Assembly (NCBI GenBank): GCA_964016885.1
Contig: OZ024758.1
Coordinates: forward strand, 21,638,001-21,702,000
Origin: Eledone cirrhosa
Lineage: Eukaryota
Length of the DNA stretch: 64,000 nucleotides
Reading direction: 5' to 3'
In this document: in pieces, positions 1 through 14,740 of the stretch
Numbering within the stretch: position 1 is the first letter of the stretch
Layout of the letters: each line of letters opens with the position of its first letter
Made by a program: the position numbers and the translations under genes
The notes under the pieces: model-generated
The model's input: the letters and a program-made list of their open reading frames with translations, nothing else
Database searches by the model: none
What the model was told of the DNA's origin: nothing

Positions 1-540
1 GTGTTATACAGTAAATTATATTACAACTTTTCTTGGAGGATTCCGAGGTCGGTTTTACAAATAAACTTATCTTTAAATCCGCTCACTATTATATTGAAGT
101 GTTGTCTAATCTTATATCTCTTTATCTGAGGAGTGTTTTTAAGTTTTGATAAGATTTTTGAATATTATAGGTGTGTAACAGAAGCTTATACCGATAGACG
201 TAAACTCTTCGTTAAGTTTTTTTCTAAATGGCTTATAAATATTTAAATCTGTTTAGTTTTCTAACAAGCTTATGCATATTTAAATCTAGATTGACATCTA
301 GAAAATAAAGCCTGGTTAATTCTGTCGCTATATGGATTGTGATACTTGAAGTATAAAAGGGCATCTTTTTCTTTTTAATTTATTTAACGTATGCACAATA
401 GGGCCAATGGAATTTTTGGAAATAACTGGTTCATCATCTCTGCAAAGCACAAGGCTTACAGAGGCAAATTTATTTTTAATGCATGATTTTTTCTTAACAA
501 TGAACAAGATCCAGACCCCATGAGACTCATCAAATATATA
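1..540 (-). pseudogene. Decayed Penelope-like element reverse transcriptase (YRDD-type) fragment
   Basis: Manual minus-strand translation across frameshifts and stops gives, in order: FDES-MGS, LCRDDEPVISKNSIGP (about 430-447; cf. GLYRDDGL...GP), ITIHIATELTRLYFLDVNLDLN, YKPFRK, TPIIFKNL, SSDKEI, SGFKDKF, KSCNIIY. This order matches PLE RT motifs 4-7 and the thumb. Confidence 0.7.
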
Positions 541-581
541 TACAGGTAATCGAAGGGGTGATTACATCATGTGCTGACACC

Positions 582-810
582 ATATATATATATATATATG
601 TATATATATATGTGTGTATGTATATATATATGTGTGTATATATATATATATGTGTGTATATATATATATATGTGTGTATATATATATATATGTGTGTGTA
701 TATATATATATATGTGTGTATATATATATATATGTGTGTATATATATATATATGTGTGTATGTATATATATATGTGTGTATGTATATATATATGTGTGTA
801 TGTATATATA

Positions 811-841
<31 letters not shown>

Positions 842-1885
842 GTGTGTATATATATATATATATATGTGTGTATATATATATATATATATGTGTGTATATA
901 TATATATATGTGTGTATATATACTATATGTGTGTATATATATATATATGTGTGTATATAAATATATATGTGTGTATATATATATATGTGTGTGTATATAT
1001 ATATATATGTGTGTATATATATGTGTATAAATGTATATATATATGTGTGTATATATATATGTGTGTAATATATTATATTGTGTGTATATATATATGTGTG
1101 TATATATATATATGTGTGTGTGTATATATGTGTATGTGTATATTATATATGTGTGTGTATATATATGTGTATATATGGTATATATATGTGTATATATGTA
1201 TATATATGTTGTATATTATATGTGTATATATGTATATATATTGTGTATATATGGTATATATATGTGTATATATGTATATATATGTGTATATATGTATATA
1301 TATGTGTATATATGTATATATATGTGTATATATGTATATATACTGTGTATATATGTGTATATATGTGTATATATGTATATATATGTGCATATATGTATAT
1401 ATATGTGTATATATGTATATATATGTGTATGTATGTATGTATGTATATATATGTGTATGTATGTATGTATATATATATGTGTATGTATGTATATATATGT
1501 GTATGTGTGTATATATATGTGTATATATATATGTGTACTGTATATATATATATATGTGTATATAGAATATATAGTGTATATATATGTGTATATATATATG
1601 TGTATGTATATATATATATATATGTGTATATAGATATATATGTGTATATGTATATGTATATATATGTATCTATCTATCTAGCTATTAGGGCGGGTAAAAT
1701 TCCCGAGATCCATGGACGAGTTCTCTCCAGGGGTCCTCTGTCCCTCATCGCTGCCATGTCCTGCGTCTCCAACAGACCAGTGTCTGTCCTTAGGGCATCA
1801 ACATATGTTAACCTTATATATATGTATATATTGTGTGTATATATGTGTATATATATATGTGTATATATATATATGTATATATATG

Positions 1886-1936
<51 letters not shown>

Positions 1937-2638
1937 GTAATATATATGTATATATATATGTATGTATATATATATATATTATATATGTAAATATATATGT
2001 ATGTATATAAATATATATATATATATGTAAATATATATGTATGGATATATAATATATAATGTATGGATATATATATATATGTATGGATATATATATATAT
2101 GTGTGTATATATATATATATGTGTGGATATATATATGTGTATATATATATATATATGTGGATATATATATGTGTATATATATGTGTGGATATATATATAT
2201 ATGTGGATATATATATATATGTGTATATATATATGTGTATATATATATGTGTAATATATGTATGTGTATATGTATGTATGTATATAAACTAAATATATAT
2301 ATGTATATATATATGTATATATATATGTATGTATATATATGTATATATGTATATATATGTATGTATATATATGTATATATGTATGTATGTATATATATGT
2401 ATGTATGTATGTATATATATGTATGTATGTATGTATATATATATGTATGTATGTATATATATATATATGTATGTATGTATGTATATATGTATGTATGTAT
2501 ATATATATATATGTATGTATGTATGTATATAATATATATATATGTATGTATGTATGTATAATATATATGTAGTATGTATGTATATATATATATATGTATG
2601 TATGTATGTATATATATATATATGTATGTATGTATGTA

Positions 2639-2671
<33 letters not shown>

Positions 2672-3496
2672 ATATATATGTATATATATATATATGTATA
2701 TATATATATGTATGTATATATATGTATATATATATATATGTATATATATGTATATATATATATATGTATATATATATATGTATGTATGTATATATGTATA
2801 TATATGTATGTATATATGTATATATATGTATGTATATAATGTATATATATGTATGTATGTATGTATATATGTATATATATATATGTATGTATGTATATAT
2901 GTATATATATATATGTATGTATGTATATATGTATATGTATATATGTATATATATATATGTATGTATGTATAATATGTATATGTATATATGTATATATATA
3001 TATGTATATGTATATATGTATATATATATATGTATGTATGTATATATGTATATATATATATGTATGTATGTATATATATATATGTATGTATGTATATATG
3101 TATATATATATATGTATGTATGTATATATATGTATGTATGTATATATATGTATGTATGTATATATATGTATATATATAATGTATATATATATATGTATAT
3201 ATATATATGTATATATATAATGTCTATATATATGTATATATATGTATATATTATGTATATATATGTATATATATATGTATATATGTATATATATATATAT
3301 ATGTATAATATATGTGTATATGTATATATGTATATATATATGTATATATGTATATATATATGTATATATGTATATATATTATATGTATATATATATGTAT
3401 ATATATATATATATGTATATATAAATGTATATATGATATATATATGTATATATATATGTATATATATATATATATGTATATATATATGTATATATG

Positions 3497-3529
<33 letters not shown>

Positions 3530-3550
3530 GTATATATATATGTATATATG

Positions 3551-3582
<32 letters not shown>

Positions 3583-3629
3583 GTATATATATATGTATGT
3601 ATGTATTATATATATGTATTATATATATG

Positions 3630-3668
<39 letters not shown>

Positions 3669-3929
3669 GTATATATAATGTAATATATGTATATATAATA
3701 TATATATATATGTATATATATATATATGTATATATATATGTATATATATGTATATATATATATATGTATATATATATGTATATATATGTATATATATATA
3801 ATGTATATATATATGTATATATATGTATATATATATATGTATGTATATATATGTATAATATTATATTATATATGTATATATATATATGTATATATATAAT
3901 ATGTATATATATGTATATGTATGTATATG

Positions 3930-3960
<31 letters not shown>

Positions 3961-5164
3961 GTATATATATATATGTATATATATATATGTATATATATAT
4001 ATATGTATAGTAATATATATATGTATATATATATATGTATATATATATATGTATATATATATATGTATATATATATATGTGTATATATATATGTAATATA
4101 TATATGTGTATATATATATGTATATATATATATGTATATATATATATGTGTATGTATATAGTGTATGTATATATATGTGTATGTATATATGTATATATAT
4201 ATTTGTATGTATATAGTGTATGTATATATGTATATATATATGTGTATGTATATATGTATATATATATGTGTAAGTATATATGTATATATATATGTGTATG
4301 TATATATGTATATATATATGTGTATGTATATATGTTATATATATATGTGTATGTATATATGTATATATATATGTGTATGTATATATGTATATATATCATG
4401 TGTATGTATATATGTATATATATATGTGTATGTATATATGTATATATATATGTGTATGTATATATGTATTATATATATGTGTATGTATATATGTATATAT
4501 ATATGTGTATGTATATATGTAATATATATATGTGTATGTATATATGTATATGTATATGTGTATGTATATATGTGTATTTATATGTGTATGTATATATGTG
4601 TATGTATATGTGTATATATATATGTGTATGTATATGTGTATATATATATATGTGTATGTATATGTGTATATATATATGTGTATGTATATGTGTATATATA
4701 TATGTGTATGTATATGATGTATATATATATGTGTATGTATCTATGTAATAATATGTATAATATATATATGTGTATGTATATATGTATATATATATGTGTA
4801 TGTATATATGTATATATATATGTGTATGTATATATGTATATATATATGTGTATGTATATATGTATATATATATGTGTATGTATATATGTAATATATATGT
4901 GTATGTATATATGTATATATATGGTATGTATATTTGTATGTATATATGTGTATGTATATATGTATGTATATATGTGTATGTATATATGTATGTATATATG
5001 TATATATATATGTGTATGTATATATGTATATATATATGTGTATGTATATATGTATATATATATGTGTATGTATATATATATGTGTATGTATATATATATA
5101 TGTGTATGTATATATATATATATGTGTATATGTGTATGTATATATGTATATATATATATATGTG

Positions 5165-5239
<75 letters not shown>

Positions 5240-5501
5240 ATATATATATGTGTGTATATATATATATATATGTATATGTATATATATATATGTGTGTGTA
5301 TATGTATATATGTGTGTATATATATATATATATGTATATGTATATATATATATGTGTGTGTATATATATATATGTGTGTATATATATATATATATGTATA
5401 TGTATATATGTGTGTGTATATATATGTATATATATGTGTGTATATATGTGTGTATATATATATATGTGTGTGTGTATATATATATATGTGTGTATATATA
5501 T
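582..5501. repeat. Compound (TA)n/(TATG)n/(TG) microsatellite tract
   Basis: Nearly pure T/A/G low complexity on the + strand, interrupted only by the RTE fragment at 1685-1815. Confidence 0.98.
1685..1815 (-). mobile_element. RTE-clade LINE 3' fragment
   Basis: Reverse complement matches 25720-25851 ([16 protein letters not shown]...[13 protein letters not shown]). Confidence 0.85.
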
Positions 5502-5580
5502 TTCAAGCGTTAACCTAATATATTCCTTCCATATACTGTACCGATTGTGTTTTTATTTCTGTTTACCTTTTACGTACATA
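5502..5580 (+). repeat. 3' piece of HHR element family A
   Basis: Matches 15254-15330 and the reverse complement of 52905-52985. Confidence 0.7.
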
Positions 5581-5581
5581 C

Positions 5582-5992
5582 ATGGTGGCTGCCAACTCGT
5601 TTTCGAGTACGGCCACTACTTTATATCCATGTAGGAGAAACCCTGCCGATGCGCTGAACGATCGTGTCTTTTTAGTCCAGCCAGCGACTTGAAAATTCTG
5701 GTACAAACACTACACTTGTGACAATTATTGACACATAGTGCTGGGCCCATGGTACCATGTGATGACAAGTGCAGAGAGATCTCCAGATATAAAGCAATGC
5801 CTGCGCCGTGAAGCTTTTATAGTGAGCAAAGGCACTGCACAAAGCCAGTCCCACTCTCTTAACCAAGATGATATTTACCAAAAAGAAGAACATGTCAACA
5901 TCATTGGATACCATCAGGGTTGCAGGTGTTATATCAGAGTTTTCCTTCTCCTAAAATTCTGCCTTGACAAAGGCTAAGGGGTCATCTCTCCC
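5582..5992 (-). mobile_element. Non-autonomous retroelement with RTE-like 5' region (5'-truncated copy)
   Basis: Near-identical to 27039-27448 and to the reverse complement of 44426-44791. The minus strand has AGGAGAAGGAAAACTCTGA, resembling RTE 5'UTR motifs; the element ends in a TATG/TA tail. Confidence 0.65.
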
Positions 5993-6089
5993 GTACATAT
6001 ATACATACATATATACATACATATATACATACATACATATATATATATACAATTTTAATAAATGGAAAATATATTTATAAAACCATAAT

Positions 6090-6155
6090 TATTTTATTAT
6101 ATATATTTCAAGGGCGACCAAGGTAAATTATGGTGTGCTTTCATCAGATAAAATA
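6090..6155 (-). ncRNA. Type I hammerhead ribozyme (family B element, 6056-6306)
   Basis: Minus strand: TATTTTAT CTGATGA aagcacacca-taatttacct-tggtcgccctt GAAA tatata TA ATAAAATA; stems I and II pair. Confidence 0.8.
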
Positions 6156-6307
6156 CAGATTTGTTTTATAAATAAATATTGACATACCCGGAAAAAAGAC
6201 AATTATTAATATTGTATATTTACTCCACTAAACTGTTGAATGCTTTATATCAATTATAAACAATTTTAAGCTTGTTGAATCCCAACAAATTATATATAAC
6301 CTCTGCA

Positions 6308-6343
<36 letters not shown>

Positions 6344-6496
6344 TGTATGTATGTATGTATGTATGTATGTATAGGAGGTGAGTTTTATTGTAGTACAATA
6401 AAGCAATGCAGATATCGGATAAGAAGCGCTCTACAGTTTGTAGGACTGGAGTATACATAATATATAATATCAAAAGATGGTTAAATGAGTTCCATG

Positions 6497-6567
6497 TATT
6501 TTATTATGCGCATTTCAAAAACAAATATCATCATGCAATAACATTTGTGTTTTCATCAGATAAAATA
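6497..6567 (-). ncRNA. Type I hammerhead ribozyme
   Basis: Reverse-complement copy of 6641-6711. Confidence 0.85.
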
Positions 6568-6640
6568 GGAAGACATATATATATGTTGATTTAAAACTGC
6601 ACTATCCACAAGTGTTTTTAACCTTCATATCATGTCTTCC

Positions 6641-6711
6641 TATTTTATCTGATGAAAACACAAATGTTATTGCATGATGATATTTGTTTTTGAAATGCGC
6701 ATAATAAAATA
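6641..6711 (+). ncRNA. Type I hammerhead ribozyme
   Basis: TATTTTAT CTGATGA [aaacacaaatgttat-tgcatg-atgatatttgttttt] GAAA tgcgca TA ATAAAATA: 8-bp stem I, long stem II, palindromic stem III. Confidence 0.88.
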
Positions 6712-7348
6712 CATGGAACTCATTTAACCATCTTTTGATCTTATATATTATATATATATATATATAGATATATATATATATACATACATGCATATATTAT
6801 TACATACATTTGTGCGAGTTTGTGTTTTACCTGGGTATCTGTACCTATGTGTGAATCCATTAAATTGGATCACTCTAAAAGCAGTGTCATTCATATGCAA
6901 ATGGATTGCATTATATGTGCTACTTACTCTGCACAAACATATCTAGAAAAAAATATATACATTTACTGTTTGCATTAAGTGTTTACTTCGATTCTGAATG
7001 TTTTCGCAACATTTCAACAATCAGAATTCTCCCAAACAATAACTATAATAACCATGTTTACATCTATACAGCTCGGATTCACTGATTTGTAACAGTAAAT
7101 TATCTGTTAGCCATAATGTTTGTATCCTGTGGTCAGATTATCAATATCTATGTCAATAATTCAGAAGAACAAAAAGAATAAGTATATTGTGTAAATCACC
7201 GAATCAGATATTTCATTTAATAATCCTCTTCAATAACACATCGGTATATATTCAAAGTTTGACAAATTATATTAGATTGTAATGTCACTCTGACATGTCG
7301 ACTACGATAATACGCCATTTATATGCAACGCGCTGCTAAGAGTTGAGA

Positions 7349-7825
7349 TTAACTCTTTAGCATTTAAACCAACCGTATCCGGCCAGAATTATTTCCCCCT
7401 TTTTTTAAACAGGCCGTAAGATATCGTTCTTAAAATAAACAATAACATCATCAAAATAACTCTCATAGACTCGAGATTTAAGATATCGTTCATAAAATAA
7501 ACAATAACATCATCAAATTCTCGTAGACTCTAGATTATGCGAGATAATTGTGTGAGATAAATCGTTTACCATGAAAATACAATAGTAAATATAGAGTAAT
7601 TGTTTCTACGTTTGGCACAAGGCCAGCAATTACCCAGTGCATTACTGGTACTTTATTTTATCGACCCCGTAAGGATGAAAGGCAAAGTTAACCTTGGGCG
7701 GGATTTGAACTCAAAGTGGAAAGGGCCGTAACTCTTTGCGTCAAAGCATGGCGTCCGACCCTCTACCGATACTGCCAATCCACCGCCAATAGTAAATATA
7801 GAGTAATGCAATTCTAAATGGTTAA
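7349..7825. mobile_element. Degenerate TTAA-flanked (piggyBac-like) MITE containing a SINE
   Basis: TTAA-ctctttagcattt ... attctaaatgg-TTAA form imperfect terminal inverted repeats; a similar left end occurs near 12438. Confidence 0.45.
7598..7787 (-). mobile_element. tRNA-derived SINE (Deu/Nin-like core), full length with TSD
   Basis: A box TGGCAGTATCGG, B box GAGTTCAAATCC, core GCCTTTCATCCTTACGGGGTCGATAAAATAAAGTACCAG; 20-bp TSD aatagtaaatatagagtaat at 7581-7600 and 7788-7807. Confidence 0.92.
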
Positions 7826-8384
7826 AGACATTCTTTTACTCTATATAATCCACTAATGTCGTATCATGGACTGAAAGGGTTGTATGGGAGCTGTAGTGAT
7901 ATACAATATTTATTGAACAATTAGACTTGTTGAAGCTCATCTCTCTCTAAGCCTGGATTCTAGCGACTTCTTCCAGTGAAATATAGAGAGTGAGAAAGAT
8001 ATAACGATAAGGAATCGACCACATAACAGGAATGGTGGAAGGAAATAGAATACTTCTTATTACAAATAAGAAGTGTTGTCGTACACATTCACGGTAAATT
8101 GGTATTCGAAGGCACATAAAAGGCAGTGTGGTGTCGAAAGAGAAACATACAATGAGCAAAGCTAACATCTCACAAAATATATAATGGTTGTTTAGTATTT
8201 ATGTTACTAAACCCTTCTTTACGTGTCTAATTTTCATGTATTTTCTATATTCAATAAATGTATATAGATATATAGATATGTTCATCTGTGTCGTTCTCTG
8301 CAAATTGTATGTGCGTGTGTGTATGTGTGTATATATTTATTTATATATATATATATATATATTGTATATATATTGTATATATAT

Positions 8385-8852
8385 ATATTTATTAAAATAA
8401 CAGATTAAAGACGCTCCACATATGACTTATTATCTTCGTTTTTTCGTTCATTGCCAGAGAACGTCTCTATGCACCACCTAAGAGAACATTAGTCTACGAC
8501 CTCTTTTATACCATAAACGTGGTTCTGTCTTTGCGCGTAATTGTTTTTCACCGCTCCTATTAATGACGTATTATTCGTTTTTTCCCGTTCTTTGCCAGCG
8601 AATGTTTCCACGAACCAAAGTATCGTCTTCCTGTCTTCCTCCGGTTGCAACGTTTTTTTAAATATCCAGTTCTGCGTTTACAGATTGACTTTGTTAGTTT
8701 CAGAAGATCCCGTTAAGGGTGAAAGCAGCGATTCTTTGCTTAAACTTTAATCTGTTATTTTAATAAATATTTGCTCTACGGTTCTTATATATTTGATATA
8801 TATTTTCCTTATCGAGCCCTCTTTGAATTTTAGTCTTCAATTTTATTATTAT

Positions 8853-8856
<4 letters not shown>
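8385..8856 (+). mobile_element. PLE-like element family D with degenerate hammerhead
   Basis: Short inverted copy (8385-8410) of 8745-8770; CAGAAGA-tcccgttaaggg-tGAAA near 8701-8725; paralogs at 53548-53830 and 58866-58960. Confidence 0.55.
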
Positions 8857-8891
<35 letters not shown>

Positions 8892-9153
8892 AGAGAGAAA
8901 TAGATAGGTAGATATAAATAGTGGGGGAGGATAAATAGATAGAGATAAATATATATATATAGAGAGAGAGAGAGAGATGTACTTAGAACAGTGAGGCATG
9001 TGTTAGTATGTTCATGAGTCTCTTTTTATTTAACACTTCTACATTTATAGTATTTGTTTATATATCTTTACTTGTGTGTCTTTATCAAATTTGCTTTGAT
9101 GATTTTTCTCCATCATTAGATCTAAATTATTAGTATGAGATTCGTTAATAGAT

Positions 9154-9270
9154 AATTGTTTCTACATTTGGCACAATGCCACCAATTACACAGTGTATTA
9201 CTGGTACTTTATTTTATCGACTCCGTAAGGATGAAAGGCAAAGTTAACCTCGGCGGGATTTGAACTCAGA
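9154..9270 (-). mobile_element. 5'-truncated tRNA-derived SINE with TSD
   Basis: Same family as 7598-7787; TSD agattcgttaatagataa at 9138-9155 and 9268-9285. Confidence 0.9.
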
Positions 9271-10510
9271 TTCGTTAATAGATAACTTTCTTTCTTTTTT
9301 TGTTAATAGATAATGGCAGTTTACTATTCTCAAATAATTATAGATTATAGACAACAATAATTTTCTTTTTTTTATAATATCCAGCAGAATAATTTAAAAG
9401 TTCGATCTATGACTGTAACTCTCATTTAATTTTGAAAGAAGTTCAATTTAAACATACATCAACACTTACTCTCGGGTCTCGAATAATCACCCATCCAGCC
9501 ATCACTGCTTATTAATTTTTCAGATGATTCCATCCACACATCGTTTATTCTATCGCCACCATTCCCACGTATTCCAAACCCTCCACCCCTCTCTCTCTGT
9601 CTCTCTCTCTCCCTATTTTGGGGGGACCGGGAGTAGTTGATAATGGCAATATACTTTGGATCCCTACAAATAGTCAATTCTCCAGTGAGTACTTATTTTC
9701 ACCCCTCAACTGAATACAGGAATGCTTCCTTTATGAAGCAATTCGTTTATTAATTTCTAGATATAATTTTGCGATAAATGTCTTGGGATTTCCTTTCCTG
9801 TTATATATTTTGAATAACGTAATTGTAATCATAAACAACGAATTTATGCATTAAACACATCGCTAAAGGAAAATATAATTCCATGAAAATATTACTATAA
9901 TCAATTATCCCATATTCTTCTAGAAATTCACACCTTAACGTGTCCTCATCACTTAAAACTGAAACAAGTATCACCTTAAAAGCTTTTAAACCATAACATT
10001 CGTTGGTTCTCTTGGGAGAAGCACAAGTAACAAGGCTTCTAAAATGAGGATTTTTTTTCGATTTGTATTGGGTTTTCTTTTATTTTTATTTTATTTTTTG
10101 TAAAACATTTAATGCAATGTTCGATAATCCGTGTGATTTATCGATGGTCAATATGGAATACAGTTATTACCTCTATTAAATTTACCCATGTTCTTCTATA
10201 TGAAGATGAGCAAATAATTTGTTTGTTTGGCCGTCGTTAATTTCTACACATCTGAAGTGTATGTTATAAAACATCAAATGCAACAATGTAGTCAATAGCG
10301 CTGGTTTATTAATGACGCTTTTGTTGCAGTACGCTGTTGTCAGATTTAAAAGATGACACAAGCATTGTAATGAAACATTACCATCAGGAAAATATCAATG
10401 AAATCCTGTCACATGCAAACAAACGGTAATGAAACAACACCAGGTTCCTATATTTAAAAGATACTACATTGGCATGTATCACACGACATGGATGCATGAG
10501 GCTATACTTA

Positions 10511-10512
<2 letters not shown>

Positions 10513-10547
<35 letters not shown>

Positions 10548-10738
10548 ATATTTGTATATGTATGTATATGTATGTTTGTGTATGTTTGTATATATATGTA
10601 TGTTTGTATATGTATTATGTATATGAATATTTCTATATGTATGTATATGGATGTTTGTATATGGATGTTTGTATATGTATGTATGTATATATATATATGT
10701 ATATATATATATGTATATATCTATACATATATGTATGA

Positions 10739-10784
<46 letters not shown>

Positions 10785-11048
10785 ATATATATGTATGTAT
10801 ATATATATGTCTATGTATGTATATATATATGTGTATGTATATGTATGTGTATGTATGTATATATATATGTGTATGTATATATATATATTTATATATACAT
10901 GTGTGTGTATATATATATATACATGTATATATATATATATATATACATATATTTATATATATATATACATACATATGTATGTATATATATATATGTGTGT
11001 ATATGTATATATATATATATGTAATGTATATATGTATTTATGTATGTA

Positions 11049-11097
<49 letters not shown>

Positions 11098-11234
11098 CAT
11101 ATATATATACATATATATATACATATATATATACATATACATATATATATAAATATACATATATATATAAATATACATATATATATAAATATACATATAT
11201 ATAAATATACATATATATAAATATACATATATAA

Positions 11235-11273
<39 letters not shown>

Positions 11274-11700
11274 TATAAATATACATATATATAAATATAC
11301 ATATATATAAATATACATATATATACATATATATATATATGCATATATATATATACATTCATATATATACACACATATATATACATATATATTTAGATAC
11401 ATATATACACACATATATATACATATATATTTAGATACATATATACATACATACATATACATATATATATATACATATATACATACATATATTTACATAC
11501 ATACATATATACATATATATATACATAGATATATATACATACATACACACATATATACATGCATATATATATATATATATATACATAGATATATATACAT
11601 ACATACATAGATATATATACATACATACATATATACACATATATATATATATATACATACAAACACAGACACACACATTCTATATATAGAGAGAGAGAGA
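10513..11700. repeat. TA-rich microsatellite, switching from TATG to TACA polarity near 11050
   Basis: Read directly from the sequence. Confidence 0.95.
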
Positions 11701-14700
11701 GAAAGAAAGAGATAGAGACGAGTAATAAATTGATATTCAGATATTTACACACAAGAAAGCATTACTTTACCTATGTCATTAATTATGTACACACCATTTT
11801 AAAATGTGCTCAGCGCCGAATCAATAATCAGAGTATAAAGATGATAATCAAGTTTCGGCAGCAAACAATAAAACCTGGAATATTGGATGAGAACCGCTTG
11901 TTTTGATCTCTCTAGGCATCATTGACATTAAGTATTCTTCACTGGAAGCTGGAAGAATTTGAATAATCACACTCGGATGTTAAACTGCGTTTTACAATTT
12001 TAAACGACCAAAACTAAAGAAAAAATATTTTAAAATGCTGTTTTATAATGGGTATATTATGTGTAGACATTCCTGCGAGAAAAAAAAATGAAGAAGGAAT
12101 AGAAAATTAGTGCATTTTAATAACTATTTCTGCAGCATTTAAAATTTAAAATCGTGTATAGTTTTATAATTATGACAAGAATATTCTTCCTACTGATTAG
12201 TACCGGATCAAAAAAAGTAATTAAAAGAGGAATGGAATTAAATGGATCTTTCCTCGGTTTTTTTGCAATAAGTTTCCTGGTTGTTTGATCAACGGGAAGC
12301 CAGCTCATGAAATTAACATGCAAGTATTTGAATATTCTACTTATATGTATACCAGTAACTAAATGTGCATAGGAATTCATAGTGTGACAAGGCTGGCCTT
12401 TTGAATAAAAGATACAGTCAGCCTGACGGTTTTTTTTTTAATCCTTTAGCGTTTAAACCGGTCGTATCTGGCCATAATTCTCTAACCGGTTTCTGTTCAA
12501 ACCGGATGTAACTGGCCTCTCAAAATACATATCAAAATCTCATACATTGGATATTGTGTGAGATAAAACATTTATGGGGTAAAAACAATAGATTATATTG
12601 AGAGTATATATTTACTCTCAAAGATTCGGACAATAAATGACACTTGATAAAGATATCACACAATGGGATCGAACCCCGAATCTAATGATTGAAAACCGAA
12701 GCTATTGACCGCTTAGCCTTGCTTTAAAGTATATTTTAGCAACTATACGACAGCAAAAAGAGTTCATGCTTATGGGAATAGTAGAAGGGGTTTTATGATG
12801 CGTATACATATCTGTTGCAGTTTACGATAATTTACTACGGTACTGTGACGTCAGATAGTTTTTGTTTTCTTTTATATCAGTAGAAAATGTATAGGCTAAA
12901 TGTTGTTACAAATGTGGGTGGCAAACGAAACGTGTTATATTGATATGTACTGTACTATTTGCGTTTAACAAAAAACAGACATACACTAAGATATGCTCAG
13001 GTATATCATCTATCCGGGGTACACTGTATAATCAGATTGATGTTTTCTCAGATTGACATTACTTTCCAGATTCAATCACAAATAAAAATGGAAGGTACAT
13101 CACTAACATTTATCAACCTGGAATACTAAATAGACGTATGGTTATGTAGACGAATTGTTTTCGCTGGTTATATTTCAATGTGATGAAGATAACCTAACTT
13201 AAACAATCTAAAATAGACACATACATGTACATAAATATAATCTAGTCATAAATATGGAATGTCATCAGGATTTTATCAATCGAAAGTTTCGTTTCGATAA
13301 AATCTTGAATGTAAAAAGATCAACATGAACAATTGCTTATTAATAATAATCTTGCTTCTATCTATAAATTTACTAAAAAAAAAATATATATATAATAAAA
13401 ATACAACTAAAACTCCATTCTACATCTTTTTGTTGATATATATGTTGTCGTCGTTATCATTATCGTTATGCTCATATCAATATTATTAATATTATTATTA
13501 TTATGATTATTATTAGCTTCATACTGCTTTTTTGTGACTATATCTAATTGAAAGCAGAATCACTCGGCCTGTTTGTTTCAGCATGGCTACTTCTCCCTGT
13601 TAAATAAAATTTTATCTATAATCTATTTTTCGTTCTTAGGTTTTTTACTGGGGGGGGGTTTCTTCATTTTTTTCCTTTCTAAAAGTATACATCTATTGGA
13701 GAATTTATTAGGATATATCACAGATATTTTATGAGAAATTTTCAACAAAATTGTTGTAGCTTAAAAATAGCGATTGAAAAAAAAAAGGCTATGGTATTGA
13801 TCTTGATAACCAAAATAGCTTTTCTGACTTGAAAGTTTTACTATATTTTATGGCCTGCACAATGATTTTAGTCCAACTTTAATAAGTAGTAGGGACAGAA
13901 TATATCAATATATTTCCTTGCATGACTGAATTGCAAGGCCTGAGTTAATCAAAGACAATTGTGATATTTTTCGTAAGGCTTTAAGTGTAGGCAGCTGGAA
14001 GAAGAAATATATAATGGAAAATAAAAGAAAAGAAAAAAAATTGTATCAATAAATGTATGAACTATGAAAGAATGTATCACAGGAAGAAATTATTTTCTAT
14101 TTTTTTTCTAAAATGGAGATAGCGTCCAGTCAAAATAGATGGAAGAATGTGTTTAAGAAATGTAAGTAGAGAATACTTATTGTCGGATGAAAAAATAGAA
14201 GAATATCCGAAAATGTATATAGTGAGTCTATAAATGACAAGGAGAAAAACCATCAAAAACAAAAGAAAATCGGAAATGAGAGAAAGATATGTTGGGAACT
14301 TGAGGTAAAAATGAGAAAACATATTAGTGATGAAATTGACAGGTTGTTAATAGAGAAGCTGATGGTATTTTGTTTTAATGAATGTTAAATATATAACCAC
14401 TAACGATGAAGAAAAGAAAGTTTAGAAAATATAAAAGTGTATGAATGAGAATTTTTTATGGTTGACTGACAAAAGCAGTAGAATGGCGGATGTTGAATGT
14501 CTTAGAAGATGTTGATTCGTTCAGGTTTTGCGTTCAAATCTCACCGGATTTTATTAGAAAGTTCTTCCTTAAAGCACCTTTCGTACAAATTTATTTATAA
14601 GGCTGGGAATCAATTATATTAATGTATATATGAGATAATTGATAAGTATTAAAGACTGGAACGTTCGTAGAGTAAAATCATGTTGTAGAGCTTAATTGGT

Positions 14701-14705
14701 TATTC

Positions 14706-14738
<33 letters not shown>

Positions 14739-14740
<2 letters not shown>

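Larger units (their letters stand above)
6372..6750. mobile_element. Fold-back PLE-like non-autonomous element (family C) with two hammerheads
   Basis: Inverted arms at about 6458-6576 and 6631-6750. The terminal segment 6372-6467 recurs at 63588-63686. Flanked by TA/TATG repeats. Confidence 0.8.

Noticed and set aside
5672-5977. Repeated 79-80 aa ORFs (also 27128-27433 and 44315-44701)
   Set aside because: Conservation reflects recent repeat copies; ORFs are open on both strands with no recognisable domain.
12650-12722. tRNA-like sequence on the minus strand
   Set aside because: A/B-box remnant without a full cloverleaf; a decayed SINE head.
14040-14330. Possible second decayed PLE RT (IYRLTIYIFG...LHFRKKIENN)
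   Set aside because: Catalytic DD is absent and the resemblance is too weak to call without a search.
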